A stretch of DNA of 62,883 nt, the filler included, from Babesia bigemina (taxonomy: Eukaryota), in NCBI RefSeq assembly GCF_000981445.1. It is 8 parts of 8 records of this genome, joined end to end, with 100 filler letters (N's around TTAATTAATTAA, not from the genome) between each part and the next. Parts side by side here need not be neighbours in the genome. Positions count along the whole stretch, not along the records: positions 24,038 to 43,925 come from NW_012237207.1; positions 44,026 to 47,548 come from NW_012237208.1; 6 more parts are not named here. One strand, written 5' to 3'. Of the stretch, positions 35,201 to 46,210 are shown in pieces. The notes below the pieces were generated by a model. The model did not search any database, was not told the DNA's origin, and was given only the letters and a program-made list of their open reading frames with translations. The first letter of the stretch is position 1. Every line of letters starts with the position of its first letter. Made by a program: the position numbers and the translations under genes.

Positions 35201-38145
35201 ATTTTTGGTTTACCGATTTTCGTATCTATAAGCGTTTCTAATTTATAGTTCAGAACGTTGGCGGCCTCCGTTATTTCGTGAGTAAGAACATTTAGGTGTG
35301 CTTCTATTTGCTGAGCAATATCATTCAGCTTGACTGGTATTGTGTTGGCGGCCAGTTCGGAAGCGGTGTCTCTTACTTTCTCGATGGCACTGTCCAAGTT
35401 GTGGGCGTGATTCTGTCCACCGCCACTGGTTCTGCCAGTCGCCGCGGTGAGATAAGTATCAAGATTGGTGATTTGTTTCTTTAGACTTCCCATAAGCATA
35501 TCCACACCAGCTTGAGCTGCATCGAATTGCGTTTTTATGGAGCGCACTTCAGGTATAGCTTCATTCACTTTTTTGATGTTGGAACTAGTGGTAAATTTTG
35601 AAAGTGAATCGGCTGCACCTTTCACAGCCAATTGTACCGCTGTGAGTACGATGCTAACCACTCTTTGTAGGTTCTGATCATAAGGTGAGCGGCGATGTGT
35701 ATGCGTTTTGTTCACTTCAGCAGTAATTTGTTGAGCGGCCTCTGAAACCTTAGTATGCTTGAGTACTTCTTCAATACTACTGGCAAACGCTTGAAACCTA
35801 TCGGCAATATTTTCCGCCGTAGCATTTTGCAGCTTTTCTGTAGCGGTTGAGACAGCCGATTTTACCACGTCTTGCAATTGTTTGATGATCGTTGGCTTTA
35901 CACTAGATGCGTCAGCACTTGCGTACTGAGTTAGATACATGCCTACCGTCTTTTCATTCACAATTTCGGTGACCATCTTATCTATCGCAGTTTCAAACTC
36001 ATCTTTAAATTTCCCAGAATATTTCCCGATTCCGTCATCAATTTCATCGAGGAGGCCATTCGTCGAACCTCCCAGTGCACCATCTTCTTTACCAATAACT
36101 TTTTCAACGAGCTCCGGTATCTGCGGTTTCAATGTCTCCCAATATCCATTTATACCTGCACCTTCCCTGTCTCCCAAAACGCCACTTTTAATGCTTACGA
36201 CTTTCTTTTGCATGTCTTCAAAAATGCCCTTAACATTCTTATCTGCTTCTCTGCTGATATCCTTGAATTCCCCAGCAAGTGCCTTAATCTTTACATCAAC
36301 CTGTTCAGTAAATTCCTTAAGTTGAGGTATATATGTCTCTAACTTATCTTTCCAGGCCAACAACTTTTTCCTCTCATCCTCAATATTATGCTTCCTGCTG
36401 GTAAAATCGCCGCCGGCTTCATTCAAGATTTTCTTCACCTCGTTTTTCCTTAATCCCTCAATAAATTCTTTTGTCTTCGCAATCCACTCTGCTACATCCA
36501 GAACATACTGTCTCAGTTTTTTATCAATGTCCTTGAGATCTGCAAATATGCTCTCAACTCTCTGCCTAACCTTGACAACAAATACCTTAACATGCTCCTC
36601 AATTTTGCAATCTACATCAATTTTCAACTTACCTAATGCAGCACTAATTTGCTTTTTTGTCTCATCCAGCGCTTGTCTGTCCATCGCCGACAGCTTCTGG
36701 AGACGCTTAATCTCATAGTTCACGGCCTTCAACGCACTGGTCAATCTGGGTTCTAAGGCAGAATTCATGTAGCGTACAGCAGTTTTCACATCTAGTTTAT
36801 CTAATTTATTATCTCTAAATTCGAAAGTCTTATTGAACGTTTTGGCGAAGAAATTTATCTCGCTGTCCAACATTTCGTTTACTTGCTTCTCCGCCGCCTG
36901 CACTTTCTCGGGAACTTCACCCTCATTTTCCTGCGGCAATATATTTTGTACCTTTCGTGTAAATGTATCACCCACCTTACTTAACAAGTCTTCAATGGGC
37001 TTCTTGACTTTCTCATTGGACTCTCTCACTTCTATGTTGTATTTCTCGATCCCTTTAGTCAGACGGGGAAGAAGCTTAGTGAAACCATCGTGCCCTGAGC
37101 AAAGATGTTTGTTAATTTCATCACTTACCAAGTTTTGTAATGTTTTTCTACCCACATTGTATGTCTGAGTGTTTTTCACCGCCTCAAGCACACCACTCAA
37201 AAATCCCATCACCCCGTCACACAGCCTATCCAAGTCAGAGTACACAATCCCACTGCCGTCGTAGCCTTTGGACTCAGAGTTGAAGCCGAGGAAAGTCTGT
37301 AGGCCGTCACAAAGATTCTCTAAAAGGTTTTTAGGCTCATTTGGATGATTATTAAGATTCTTATAATTTTCACAAAGCTCCTTCACTTTCTTCAAAGCCT
37401 CCAACTTGGACTGCAATTTGGCTGGGTCAGCAGAGGGAGAGGGGGAAGAAGGAGAAGGAGTAAGATGGTTAGTAGGCTTTTCAAGTTGCTCTATTTGATC
37501 TGTAAGAGTCTTAATTTCTTTCTCAACTTTCTGCTTAAGCTCACTAATTTTATCGGTGTCAACAGCCTTCTCAGCAGAGTTGACAGACTCAGAAAGGGTA
37601 GTAACAAGAGAAGAGTAAACATCTTTTAGGTCATTTATAAGGTGCGGATTAGTGTCAAAAACAGCGATAATGGCATATATAACGGCTTTCTTAACACTCT
37701 CACTTTGACCAACAAATCCTCCAAGCTTACCAGCCAATTCACCAAGCTGGACAATCTTCTCTTCAACAGACTTCAAGGCAGGAGATGGAGGATGTTTTTT
37801 GTGAGCATTTTTACAATCTTCTAGACATGTTTTATAGAAGTTAATACTATGATTATCTGGGATATTTTCAACGGTTTTTTTGGATTCTTTGAATTTTTTC
37901 TCAGCCTCGTCATGCAGTCTCTGGTAGTACTGACAGTAAGTCTCCTTATCAGAGTATTTGAAGGGGCAAGAGAGCTTAGATTTTTCGGCTTTAAGGGAGG
38001 TAGTAGCGTTATTTATGGCCTCCTCAATCAACTTTTTCAAAGCTTGAGACAAGTGCTTAAGACCTTGGTCACCCTCACCATTCCCATACCTAACCTGGAT
38101 CAACCAGTCGATGGACTCAGTCAGAAGGGCAGTGAAGGGTGACAA
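32275..38145 (-). CDS. VESA/ves2-like antigen, class 2 tail, ESIDWLIQV-type N-terminus; no in-frame ATG until 37209
   Basis: 1956-codon open frame with family motifs. The leader ATG at 38179 is out of frame and stops at 38117. Confidence 0.88.
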   Translation of the reverse strand: MSPFTALLTESIDWLIQVRYGNGEGDQGLKHLSQALKKLIEEAINNATTSLKAEKSKLSCPFKYSDKETYCQYYQRLHDEAEKKFKESKKTVENIPDNHSINFYKTCLEDCKNAHKKHPPSPALKSVEEKIVQLGELAGKLGGFVGQSESVKKAVIYAIIAVFDTNPHLINDLKDVYSSLVTTLSESVNSAEKAVDTDKISELKQKVEKEIKTLTDQIEQLEKPTNHLTPSPSSPSPSADPAKLQSKLEALKKVKELCENYKNLNNHPNEPKNLLENLCDGLQTFLGFNSESKGYDGSGIVYSDLDRLCDGVMGFLSGVLEAVKNTQTYNVGRKTLQNLVSDEINKHLCSGHDGFTKLLPRLTKGIEKYNIEVRESNEKVKKPIEDLLSKVGDTFTRKVQNILPQENEGEVPEKVQAAEKQVNEMLDSEINFFAKTFNKTFEFRDNKLDKLDVKTAVRYMNSALEPRLTSALKAVNYEIKRLQKLSAMDRQALDETKKQISAALGKLKIDVDCKIEEHVKVFVVKVRQRVESIFADLKDIDKKLRQYVLDVAEWIAKTKEFIEGLRKNEVKKILNEAGGDFTSRKHNIEDERKKLLAWKDKLETYIPQLKEFTEQVDVKIKALAGEFKDISREADKNVKGIFEDMQKKVVSIKSGVLGDREGAGINGYWETLKPQIPELVEKVIGKEDGALGGSTNGLLDEIDDGIGKYSGKFKDEFETAIDKMVTEIVNEKTVGMYLTQYASADASSVKPTIIKQLQDVVKSAVSTATEKLQNATAENIADRFQAFASSIEEVLKHTKVSEAAQQITAEVNKTHTHRRSPYDQNLQRVVSIVLTAVQLAVKGAADSLSKFTTSSNIKKVNEAIPEVRSIKTQFDAAQAGVDMLMGSLKKQITNLDTYLTAATGRTSGGGQNHAHNLDSAIEKVRDTASELAANTIPVKLNDIAQQIEAHLNVLTHEITEAANVLNYKLETLIDTKIGKPKINKSADAETLQSIYDNLDKLQGPVAKAFKEAQQLLTFVQAAESQLPEVLKREMHQDIKKVEDKLMTLAGKQYVSSVKELLTAFAGKVKTELDQMPGKIEDDLNMGFKGFMNKLGIKFVSNVNAITTIQTTSSALPSPLNQASLELKNAFDAFVHALLEQIDFKSDIKKIKPVHDALDNLLSGLVTSQCYDHTFSDNLNAFRHAFEGFNPSKFGEPTTVLTQALKEGLKGLTKELGKAYVNRYSGLTYDETDAAKYAKAFLTLLCIVHEDLDTFSKQCKSNGAWYDKQCCAIENRQSNTFGQFMERCGFDVASSATSKDGELRHPSVSFTGKHIYQKVLEQQFTDAERIKHLQSCESNEHKKRNNFDLLDITQCLFHHAEKYNELCHIPTASSTKVPSSIYDMLIWFCSLPYSAVYPTLLRDTISDLLTDKSKQKPQAHEGLEFTVIDPASQSLAAYPNNIPYSEVVSALEHLCSKSHDVLTCIVGYGDAYTTYGSDYCNNSFGFKYPSSGEDCLQMITDLLRRLLHCLRYLHKQCGVTAKLNGWSDCRFGKNVKSAKWECKDHSTDKPNCQANDKATCQPTCQAKSPLQSYLTDCLYGHLPHQLTSVGCKSTCKSCPGSSPGMPCLTPLGFSAFSGSTRKGTDICEVLDAFFSNDYLSSLFTLAPRPPATLPEHIGFALSLAAALNAGQPVRKPAQESFSDAFEKSIKGVTISLHDNPSNYTAAVKNAYNNNRSHEGHSHPPATEADVYTLMFPSTCLRASGDTLYCAPYLYTLGIDTHHYLAYQHSNLYLSWTVYLPWTFYAYLKSLLDAFKNVSCQEWECSRCMHRGKCKKGQHGADYNCQCRGIIECRGVSSAFHKYGFTFGDPATLSEVEGKRYCHNFYNQLVNVLKSNCFTKLFDKCDEFLWIIRQPFIWLNVALWSLSLFYLICVMVGRLDVLHIRSHLRIPSSHKITAQSLLAAAQVGRLAKISYLQP

Positions 38146-38204
38146 GGCACAAGTTATAAGGATGGTTTATAGAGGTCATAGCGGTATTATGGCGAGGTAA
38201 TTCG

Positions 38205-41200
38205 AGCGATGTAGAGTGGGTTAAGGAGCGATGTAGAGTGGGTTAGGGAGCGATGTAAGGTGGGTTAAGGGGCGATGTAGAGTGGATTAAGGGGCGATGT
38301 AGAGTGGGTTAAGGGGCGATGTAGAGTGGATAAAGGGGCGATGTAGAGTGGATAGAGGAGCGGTGTAGAGTGGATAAAGGAGCGATGTGGAGTGGGTTAA
38401 GGGGCGATGTAGGGTGGGTTAGGGAGCGATGTAGAGTGGATGAAGGAGCGATGTAGAGTGGATAAAGGGGCGATGTAGAGTGAATAAGGGGCGATGTAGA
38501 GTGGGTTAAGGGGCGATGTGGAGTGGGTTAGGGAGCGATGTAGGGTGGGTTAGGGAGCGATGTAGAGTGGATTAAGGGGCGATGAAAAGTGGGTTAAGGG
38601 GCGATGTAGAGTGGATAAAGGAGCGATGTAGAGTGGGTAAAGGGGCGATGTGGAGTGGGTTAGGGAGCGATGTAGAGTGGATAAAGGGGCGATGTAGAGT
38701 GGGTTAAGGAGCGATGTAGAGTGGGTAAAGGAGCGATGTAGAGTGGGTTAGGAGCGATGTGGAGTGGATTAAGGGGCGATGTAGAGTGGGATAAGGGGCG
38801 ATGTAGAGTGGATAAGGGGCGATGTAGAGTGGGTAAAGGAGCGATGTAGAGTGGGTAAGGGGCGATGTAGAGTCGATAAGGGAGCGATGTAGAGTGGATA
38901 AAGGGGCGATGTAGAGTGGGTAAAGGAGCGATGTAGAGTGGGTTAAGGAGCGATGTAGAGTGGGTTAAGGAGCGATGTAGAGTGGATTAAGGAGCGATGT
39001 AGAGTGGGTAAAGGGGCGATGTAGAGTGGGTTAGGGAGCGATGTAGAGTGGGTTAGGGAGCGATGTAGAGTGGTTAAAGGGAGCGATGTAGAGTGGGTAA
39101 AGGGGCGATGTAGAGTGGGTTAAGGGGCGATGTAGAGTGGGTTAAGGGGCGATGTAGAGTGGATAAAGGGGCGATGTAGAGTGGATAGAGGAGCGATGTA
39201 GAGTGGGTAAAGGGGCGATGTAGAGTGGATAGAGGAGCGATGTAGAGTGGATTAAGGGGCGATGTAGAGTGGGTTAAGGGGCGATGTAGAGTGTAGTAAG
39301 GGGCGATGAAGGGTGGATAAGGGAGCGATGTAGAGTGGGTAAAGGGGCGATGTAGAGTGTAGTAAGGGGCGATGAAGGGTGGATAAGGGAGCGATGTAGA
39401 GTGGATAAAGGGGCGATGTAGAGTGGGTTAAGGGGCAATGTAGAGTGGATAAAGGGGCGATGTAGAGTGGATTAAGGGGCGGTGTAGAGTGGGTTAGGGA
39501 GCGATGTAGAGTGGGTTAGGGAGCGATGTAGAGTGGGTGAAGGGGCGATGTAGAGTGGGTTAAGGGGCGATGTAGAGTGGGTTAGGGAGCGATGTGGAGT
39601 GGGTAAAGGGGCGATGTAGAGTGGATAAGGGAGCGATGTAGAGTGGGTTAGGGAGCGATGTGGAGTGGGTAAAGGGGCGATGTAGAGTGGGTTAGGGAGC
39701 GATGTAGAGTGGATAAGGGGCGATGTAGAGTGGATAAAGGGGCGATGTAGAGTGTGTTAAGGAGCGATGTGGAGTGGATAAAGGGGCGATGTAGAGTGGG
39801 TTAAGGGGCGATGTGGAGTGGATAAAGGGGCGATGTAGAGTGGATAAAGGGGCGATGTAGAGTGGGTTAAGGGGCGATGTAGAGTGGGTTAAGGGGCGAT
39901 GTAGAGTGGGTTAAGGAGCGATGTGGAGTGGGTTAGGGAGCGATGTAGAGTGGATAAGGAGCGATGTAGAGTGGATAAAGGAGCGATGTAGAGTGGATAA
40001 AGGAGCGATGTAGAGTGGGTTAGGGAGCGATGTAGAGTGGGTTAGGGAGCGATGTAGAGTGGGTAAAGGAGCGATGAAGGGTGGGTTAAGGGGCGATGTG
40101 GAGTGGGTAAAGGGGCGATGTAGAGTGGGTTAAGGGGCGATGTAGAGTGGGTTAGGGAGCGATGTAGAGTGGATTAAGGGGCGATGTAGAGTGGGTTAGG
40201 GAGCGATGTAGAGTGGATAAAGGGGCGATGTAGAGTGGATCAGGGAGCGATGTAGAGTGGATAGAGGAGCGATGTAGAGTGGGTTAGGGAGCGATGTAGA
40301 GTGGATAAAGGAGCGATGTAGAGTGGATAAAGGGGCGATGTAGAGTGGATAAAGGGGCGATGTAGAGTGGGTTAAGGGGCGATGTGGAGTGGATAAAGGG
40401 GCGATGTAAGGTGGGTTAGGGAGCGATGTAGAGTGGATGAAGGGCCGATGTAGAGTGGGTTAAGGGGCGATGTAGAGTGGGTTAGGGAACGATGTAGAGT
40501 GGGTAAAGGGGCGATGTAGAGTGGGTTAGGGAGCGATGTGGAGTGGGTTAAGGGGCGATGTAGAGTGGGTTAAGGAGCGATGTAGAGTGGGTTAAGGAGC
40601 GATGTGGAGTGGATAAAGGGGCGATGTAAGGTGGGTTAAGGAGCGATGTGGAGTGGGTTAAGGGGCGATGTAGAGTGGGTTAAGGAGCGATGTAGAGTAG
40701 GTTAAGGGAGCGATGTAGAGTGGGTTAGGGAGCGATGTAGAGTGGATTAGGGAGCGATGTGGAGTGGATTAGGGAGCGATGTAGAGTGGGTTAGGGAGCG
40801 ATGTGGAGTGGGTAAAGGAGCGATGTAGAGTGGGTAGAGGAGCGATGTGGAGTGGTTAAAGGGGCGATGTAGAGTGGGTTAGGGAGCGATGTGGAGTGGG
40901 TTAAGGGGCGATGTAGAGTAGGTAAAGGGGCGATGTAGAGTGGATAAATGGGCGATGTATAGTGGTTTAAGGGAGCGATGTGGAGTGGGTTAGGGAGCGA
41001 TGTGGAGTGGATAAAGGAGCGATGTAGAGTGGGTAAAGGGGCGATGTAGAGTGGGTAAAGGGGCGATGTAGGGTGGATAAAGGGGCGATGTAGAGTGGGT
41101 AAAGGGGCGATGTAGAGTGGATAAAGGAGCGATGTAGAGTGGATTAGGGAGCGATGTGGAGTGGATTAGGGAGCGATGTAGAGTGGGTAAAGGGGCGATG

Positions 41201-41737
41201 TAGAGTGGGTAAAGGAGCGATGTAGAGTGGGTAAAGGAGCGATGTAGAGTGGATTAAGGGGCGATGTAGAGTGGGTTAAGGGGCGATGTGGAGTGGATTA
41301 GGGAGCGATGTAGAGTGGATAATAATCACCACTTTGGTCACCATGTCATCGCTGCCGTGACCATGTCATCGCTGCCGTAACCATGACATCGCTGCCGTAA
41401 CCAAGTCATCGCTGCCGTGTCCATGTCATCGCTGCCGTGACCATGACATCGCTGCCGTAACCATGTCATCGCTGCAGTGACCATGTCATCGCTGCCGTAA
41501 CCAAGACATCGCTACTGTGACCATGTCGTCGCTGCCGTGTCCATCAACTTGGTCAGGTGCTTGGTCAACACTTTGGTCGTGGCATTGGTCACCACTTTGG
41601 TCAGCACATAGGTCACCACGTTGGTCAGCACATTGGTCGTGGCATTGGTCAACACCTTGGTCATGGCATTGGTCACCACTCTGGTAAGGTGCTAGGTCAG
41701 GTGCTTGGTCAGCACTCTGGTCATGGCATTGGTCATC
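38205..41737. repeat. 22-bp satellite (38205-41320, ~3.1 kb), 20-bp satellite (41335-41544), 12-bp repeat (41547-41737)
   Basis: Direct reading. Confidence 0.95.
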
Positions 41738-41794
41738 AACGCGATCATTAATGTCTAGAACATTAGATGTCAGTTGCCAGTTAGGTTATTGCGA

Positions 41795-42275
41795 TCAGCT
41801 GCGCAGTAGATACCGCACCCTGTGGAACGGACGGATACGGAAGTAGATCATGACGCAGATGACGACGATGATGAGGGCGACGGGGACGATGATGTAAGGG
41901 GCGGGGGAGGAGGATGGATTAGAGTCGCCGGTTGAACGCTGTTGAATGACGGTTTGCTGCGGAACATGGGAGGAAGAGGAGTGACCGGGATAACCGGGGG
42001 AACGCTGCACAGTGGTGGACGATGAGCGAAGCTCTTGACTGGCGGCAAGTTGTTGACGCGTTTTAAAGCGTTTTTCTTCGCAACATTTACATTCACAATT
42101 GGAATGACACTTAATACATCCCTCACGATGGCATTGCTGTTGTCCACTTTGGCGCAAACTGTAGATATCGCGACACTGAAAAAAAACATCCTGTACATCC
42201 TCTACAACACATGTAGCAGCACCTGCAATTCGGCTTCTTACACCCATTGCCACACTTACAATCGTCCCAGGCCAT
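41795..42275 (-). CDS. Small Cys-rich membrane protein (~159 aa), frameshifted at the A8 run 42179-42186
   Basis: ATG 42275 gives MAWDDCKCGNGCKKPNCRCCYMCCRGCTGCFF. Removing one T joins QCRDIY...CIKCHSNCECKCC, a Ser/Pro linker, TM YIIVPVALIIVVICVMIYF and a basic tail. Confidence 0.7.
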
Positions 42276-42290
42276 CTTCCCCTTCCCCTC

Positions 42291-42575
42291 CCAGTCCCCT
42301 CAACCTGCAAACATATCAGTCACTTAAGCAAGCACTCACCAACTGCAACACGTACCACTGCCGCTCCCAGTCACCCCAACCTACAAACTTATCAATCACA
42401 TAAGCAGCACTCACCAACTGCAACACGTACCACTGCCGCTCCCAGTACCCTTAACCTGCGAACATGTCAATCACTCAAGCAGCACTCACCAACTGCAACA
42501 CGTACCACTGCCGCGCCCACTCCCCTCAACCTGCGAACATATCAATCACCTAGCAACGCACTCACCAACTGCAAC
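42291..42575 (-). repeat. ~75-bp tandem repeat, ~4 copies, each a ~41-nt exon-like plus ~34-nt intron-like segment
   Basis: On the minus strand each unit reads GTGAGTGC...TGATTGA...CAG or TAG, then GTT. Confidence 0.7.
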
Positions 42576-43066
42576 ATGACTTACTTAACCCTCACCCCTG
42601 TGTCCCCCCAGCCCGGGCCACCGACACCCACGCTGCCCGGGATACCACGGCTACGCCTGACGCGACGCATGTGATCAGCAGCAACCCTCACTCTTAATTA
42701 TTAAATATTCGCAACGCCGTGAAAATTGCAGCGACCCGTGCGCTCAACTCCCACAGTGCAGCAGCACCGTGCTACGAGCCGCGTTATAGACGCCATACTG
42801 GCGGAGCGTGTCGGCTACGTGCCTAAATGTGATATTAACCATCGCTACATTGCCGCCTATAAACGCTACTTAACCAGGCCAACGCCGATTACGCCACCTG
42901 CCAGTGACTCGCAACACATGACTTACGTCACCCGCCGCGGTCCTCACGACCGCCTACTTTAGCGACCAATCACCCAGCCTCACGTGACACTGACTCAATG
43001 GGCAACGCGGACGCCTCCCACAGTCAACGCACAACTCAACGCAACAACCAAGTTACGGTTCATCCG

Positions 43067-43180
43067 CCAGCTTAGCACTTTGCCTGCGTGCTAGGTCAAC
43101 ACTTTGCCTGGGTGCTAGCTTACCACTTTGCCTGGTTGCCAGCTTACCACCTAGGCTGGTTGCTAGGTTGACACGTTGCA
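43067..43180. repeat. 24-bp class 2 3' repeat
   Basis: TTAGCACTTTGCCTG... units. Confidence 0.85.
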
Positions 43181-43336
43181 TTGTCGTTCACTCATCACCT
43201 AATCTTGGTGCTATTTAGTTCACAGGTTGCCGCTAGAGTAATTCGAGACATTATACTACGTTTGTTGGTTAGGTGAGTAGGTGAAAAGCTAAGTGAGTAG
43301 TTAAGTGAGTTGTGTGAATTACAAATGTGACGATGA

Positions 43337-43925
43337 TTACGGTTGTAGATATGATATCTTGGCAAGCCTTCCGACTTGCGCTGCAGCCAACAATGATTGC
43401 GCCGTTATCTTGTGCGACGACGGTATCCTCAGGTGCGATTTGATGTGTAGCACATCCAGTCTGCCAACCATCACGCAGATGAGGTAGAAGAGGGAGAGTG
43501 ACCAGAGAGCCAGCACTAGGTAGGTGAACGGTTCTCTGATGGTCCAAATGAAGTTGTCACATTCCTCAAATAATTTGGTGAAGTGTTGCGATTTCAGTAC
43601 GTTACAGATTTGGTTGTAGAAGTTTCGGCAGTAGCGTCTGCTGTCAGTGTGCATCAATTGGCTAGCGCTACCAAATGTGAATCCGTAACTGTAGAATGTA
43701 CTAATAACGCCGCGACAAGTTACTAAGGCGTTGCACTTACAGTTGTATTCTTTACCGTGGCCACCTGGTTTACAATGACATCTGGTACATCCAAAGTTAA
43801 CACAATCAATTTGTTGGAAGGCGTCAAGTAATGATTTCAGGTAGTTATAGAAAGTCCACGGTAGATACACAGCCCACGAGAGATACAGATCGGAATGTTT
43901 TTCTGCGAGATAGTTGTATGTATCG
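43337..43925 (-). CDS. 3' fragment of a class 2 VESA/ves2-like antigen (cut by gap)
   Basis: YLPWTFY, Cys-rich region, TM helix, VGRLAKISYLQP. Confidence 0.9.
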
Positions 43926-44025
43926 NNNNNNNNNNNNNNNNNNNNNNNNNNNNNNNNNNNNNNNNNNNNTTAATTAATTAANNNNNNNNNNNNNNNNNNN
44001 NNNNNNNNNNNNNNNNNNNNNNNNN

Positions 44026-44476
44026 CGAGAACAGCTTGATTCGTTCGCACAAGTCCAGTACGCCCGGAGCCAATATTTTTATTTAACAAGTCTAGTACAT
44101 CTTTGAGTTTTTTATTGTCTCCAGTGATGTAATTATCATAAGTTGTCACTTCATTTTCGTTTTTAACTGCTTCAAGCACACCACTCAAAAATCCCATCAC
44201 CCCGTCACACAGCCTATCCAGGTCAGAGTAGACAATACCAGTGCCGTCGTAGCCTTTGGAGTCAGAGTTGAAGCCGAGAAATTTTTCGAGGCCAGTACAG
44301 AGGTTAGTAAGGATGTTAGTAGGATTGTTTTTTAAGGTATTTTTAAGGTTCAAAATTTTACCAAATTCCTTGCCAAGCTCCCTAGGCGGCACATGGTCAG
44401 CGCAGTGGCAAGAGGTGGAAGAGGGGAAGAGAAGGGTGACAGGGCACAAGTTATAGTCATGGTTTATAGAGGTCAT
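44026..44476 (-). CDS. 5' fragment of a VESA/ves2-like antigen, open from the leader ATG (cut by gap)
   Basis: MTSINHDYNLCP...GIVYSDLDRLCDGVMGFL. Confidence 0.85.
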
Positions 44477-44502
44477 AGCGATATTATGGCGAAGTAATTC
44501 GA

Positions 44503-46025
44503 GCGATGTAGAGTGGATAAAGGGGCGATGTAGAGTGGGTTAAGGAGCGATGTAGAGTGGGTTAAAGGGCGATGTAGAGTGGGTTAGGGAGCGATGTAGA
44601 GTGGGTTAAGGGGCGATGTAGAGTGGGTTAAGGGGCGATGTAGAGTGGATAAAGGGGCGATGTAGAGTGGGTAAGGGGCGATGTAGAGTGGATTAGGGAG
44701 CGATGTAGAGTGGGTAAAGGGGCGATGTAGAGTGGGTTAAGGGGCGATGTAGAGTGGATAAAGGAGCGATGTAGAGTGGATAAAGGAGCGATGTAGAGTG
44801 GGTTAAGGAGCGATGTAGAGTGGATAAAGGGGCGATGTAGAGTGGATAAAGGGGCGATGTAGAGTGGATAAAGGGGCGATGTAGAGTGGGTTAAGGGGCG
44901 ATGTAGAGTGGATAAGGGAGCGATGTAGAGTGGGTAAAGGGGCGATGTAGAGTGGGTTAAGGAGCGATGTAGAGTGGGTTAAGGAGCGATGTAGAGTGGG
45001 TTAGGGAGCGATGTAGAGTGGGTTAAAGGGGCGATGTAGAGTGGGTTAAGGAGCGATGTAGAGTGGGTTAAGGGGCGATGTAGAGTGGATTAAGGGGCGA
45101 TGTAGAGTGGGTAAAGGGGCGATGTGGAGTGGATAAAGGGGCGATGTAGAGTGGGTAAAGGGGCGATGTAGAGTGGGTTAAGGGGCGATGTAGAGTGTGT
45201 TAAGGGGCGATGTGGAGTGGGTAAAGGGGCGATGTAGAGTGGGTTAAGGGGCGATGTAGGGTGGGTAACGGTGACATGCCCAGTGCCTCTCTGCATGGCC
45301 CCTTAATCCACTCTACATGGCCCCTTAATCCACTCTACATCGCTCCTTTATCCACTCTACATCGCCCCTTTACCCACTCCACATCGCCCCCTTATCCACT
45401 CTACATCGCCCCTTAATCCACTCTACATCGCCCCTTTATCCACTCTACATCGCCCCTTTATCCACTCTACATCGCTCCTTAACCCACTCTACATCGCCCC
45501 TTAACCCACTCTACATCGCCCCTTAACCCACTCTACATCGCCCCTTAACCCACTCTACATCGCTCCTTAACCCACTCTACATCGCTCCTTAACCCACTCT
45601 ACATCGCCCCTTTACCCACTCTACATCGCCCCTTAACCCACTCTACATCGCCCCTTAACCCACTCTACATCGCCCCTTAACCCACTCTACATCGCCCCTT
45701 AACCCACTCTACATCGCCCCCTAACCCACTCTACATCGCTCCTTTATCCACTCCACATCGCCCCTTTACCCACTCTACATCGCTCCTTAACCCACTCTAC
45801 ATCGCCCCTTTACCCACTCCACATCGCTCCCTAACCCACTCTACATCGCTCCCTAACCCACTCTACATCGCTCCTTTACCCACTCTACATCGCCCCTTAA
45901 CCCACTCTACATCGCTCCTTAATCCACTCCACATCGCTCCCTAACCCACTCTACATCGCTCCTTTACCCACTCTACATCGCTCCTTTATCCACTCTACAT
46001 CGCCCCTAACCCACTCTACATCGCT
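44503..46025. repeat. Inverted pair of 22-bp satellite arrays around a ~28-bp unique centre (45269-45296)
   Basis: G-rich strand on + up to 45268, C-rich strand on + from 45297. Confidence 0.95.
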
Positions 46026-46210
46026 CGAATAACCCTGCCATAATACCGCTATGACCTCTTTAAACCATCCTAATAACTTGTGCCTTGTCACCCTTCACTT
46101 CCCTCTTCCACCTCTGCCACTGCCATGTCCCATCATGTTCACCCTAACTCCAAATCTCTCGAATTACCTCGTCTTATTAACGCTATGACCTCTATAAACC
46201 TTAATAATAA

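Noticed and set aside
41848..42198. Alternative minus ORF MYRMFFFSVAISTVCA with a signal-like start
   Set aside because: It overlaps the better-supported Cys-rich/TM reading and ends in low-complexity shadow sequence; not fully excluded.
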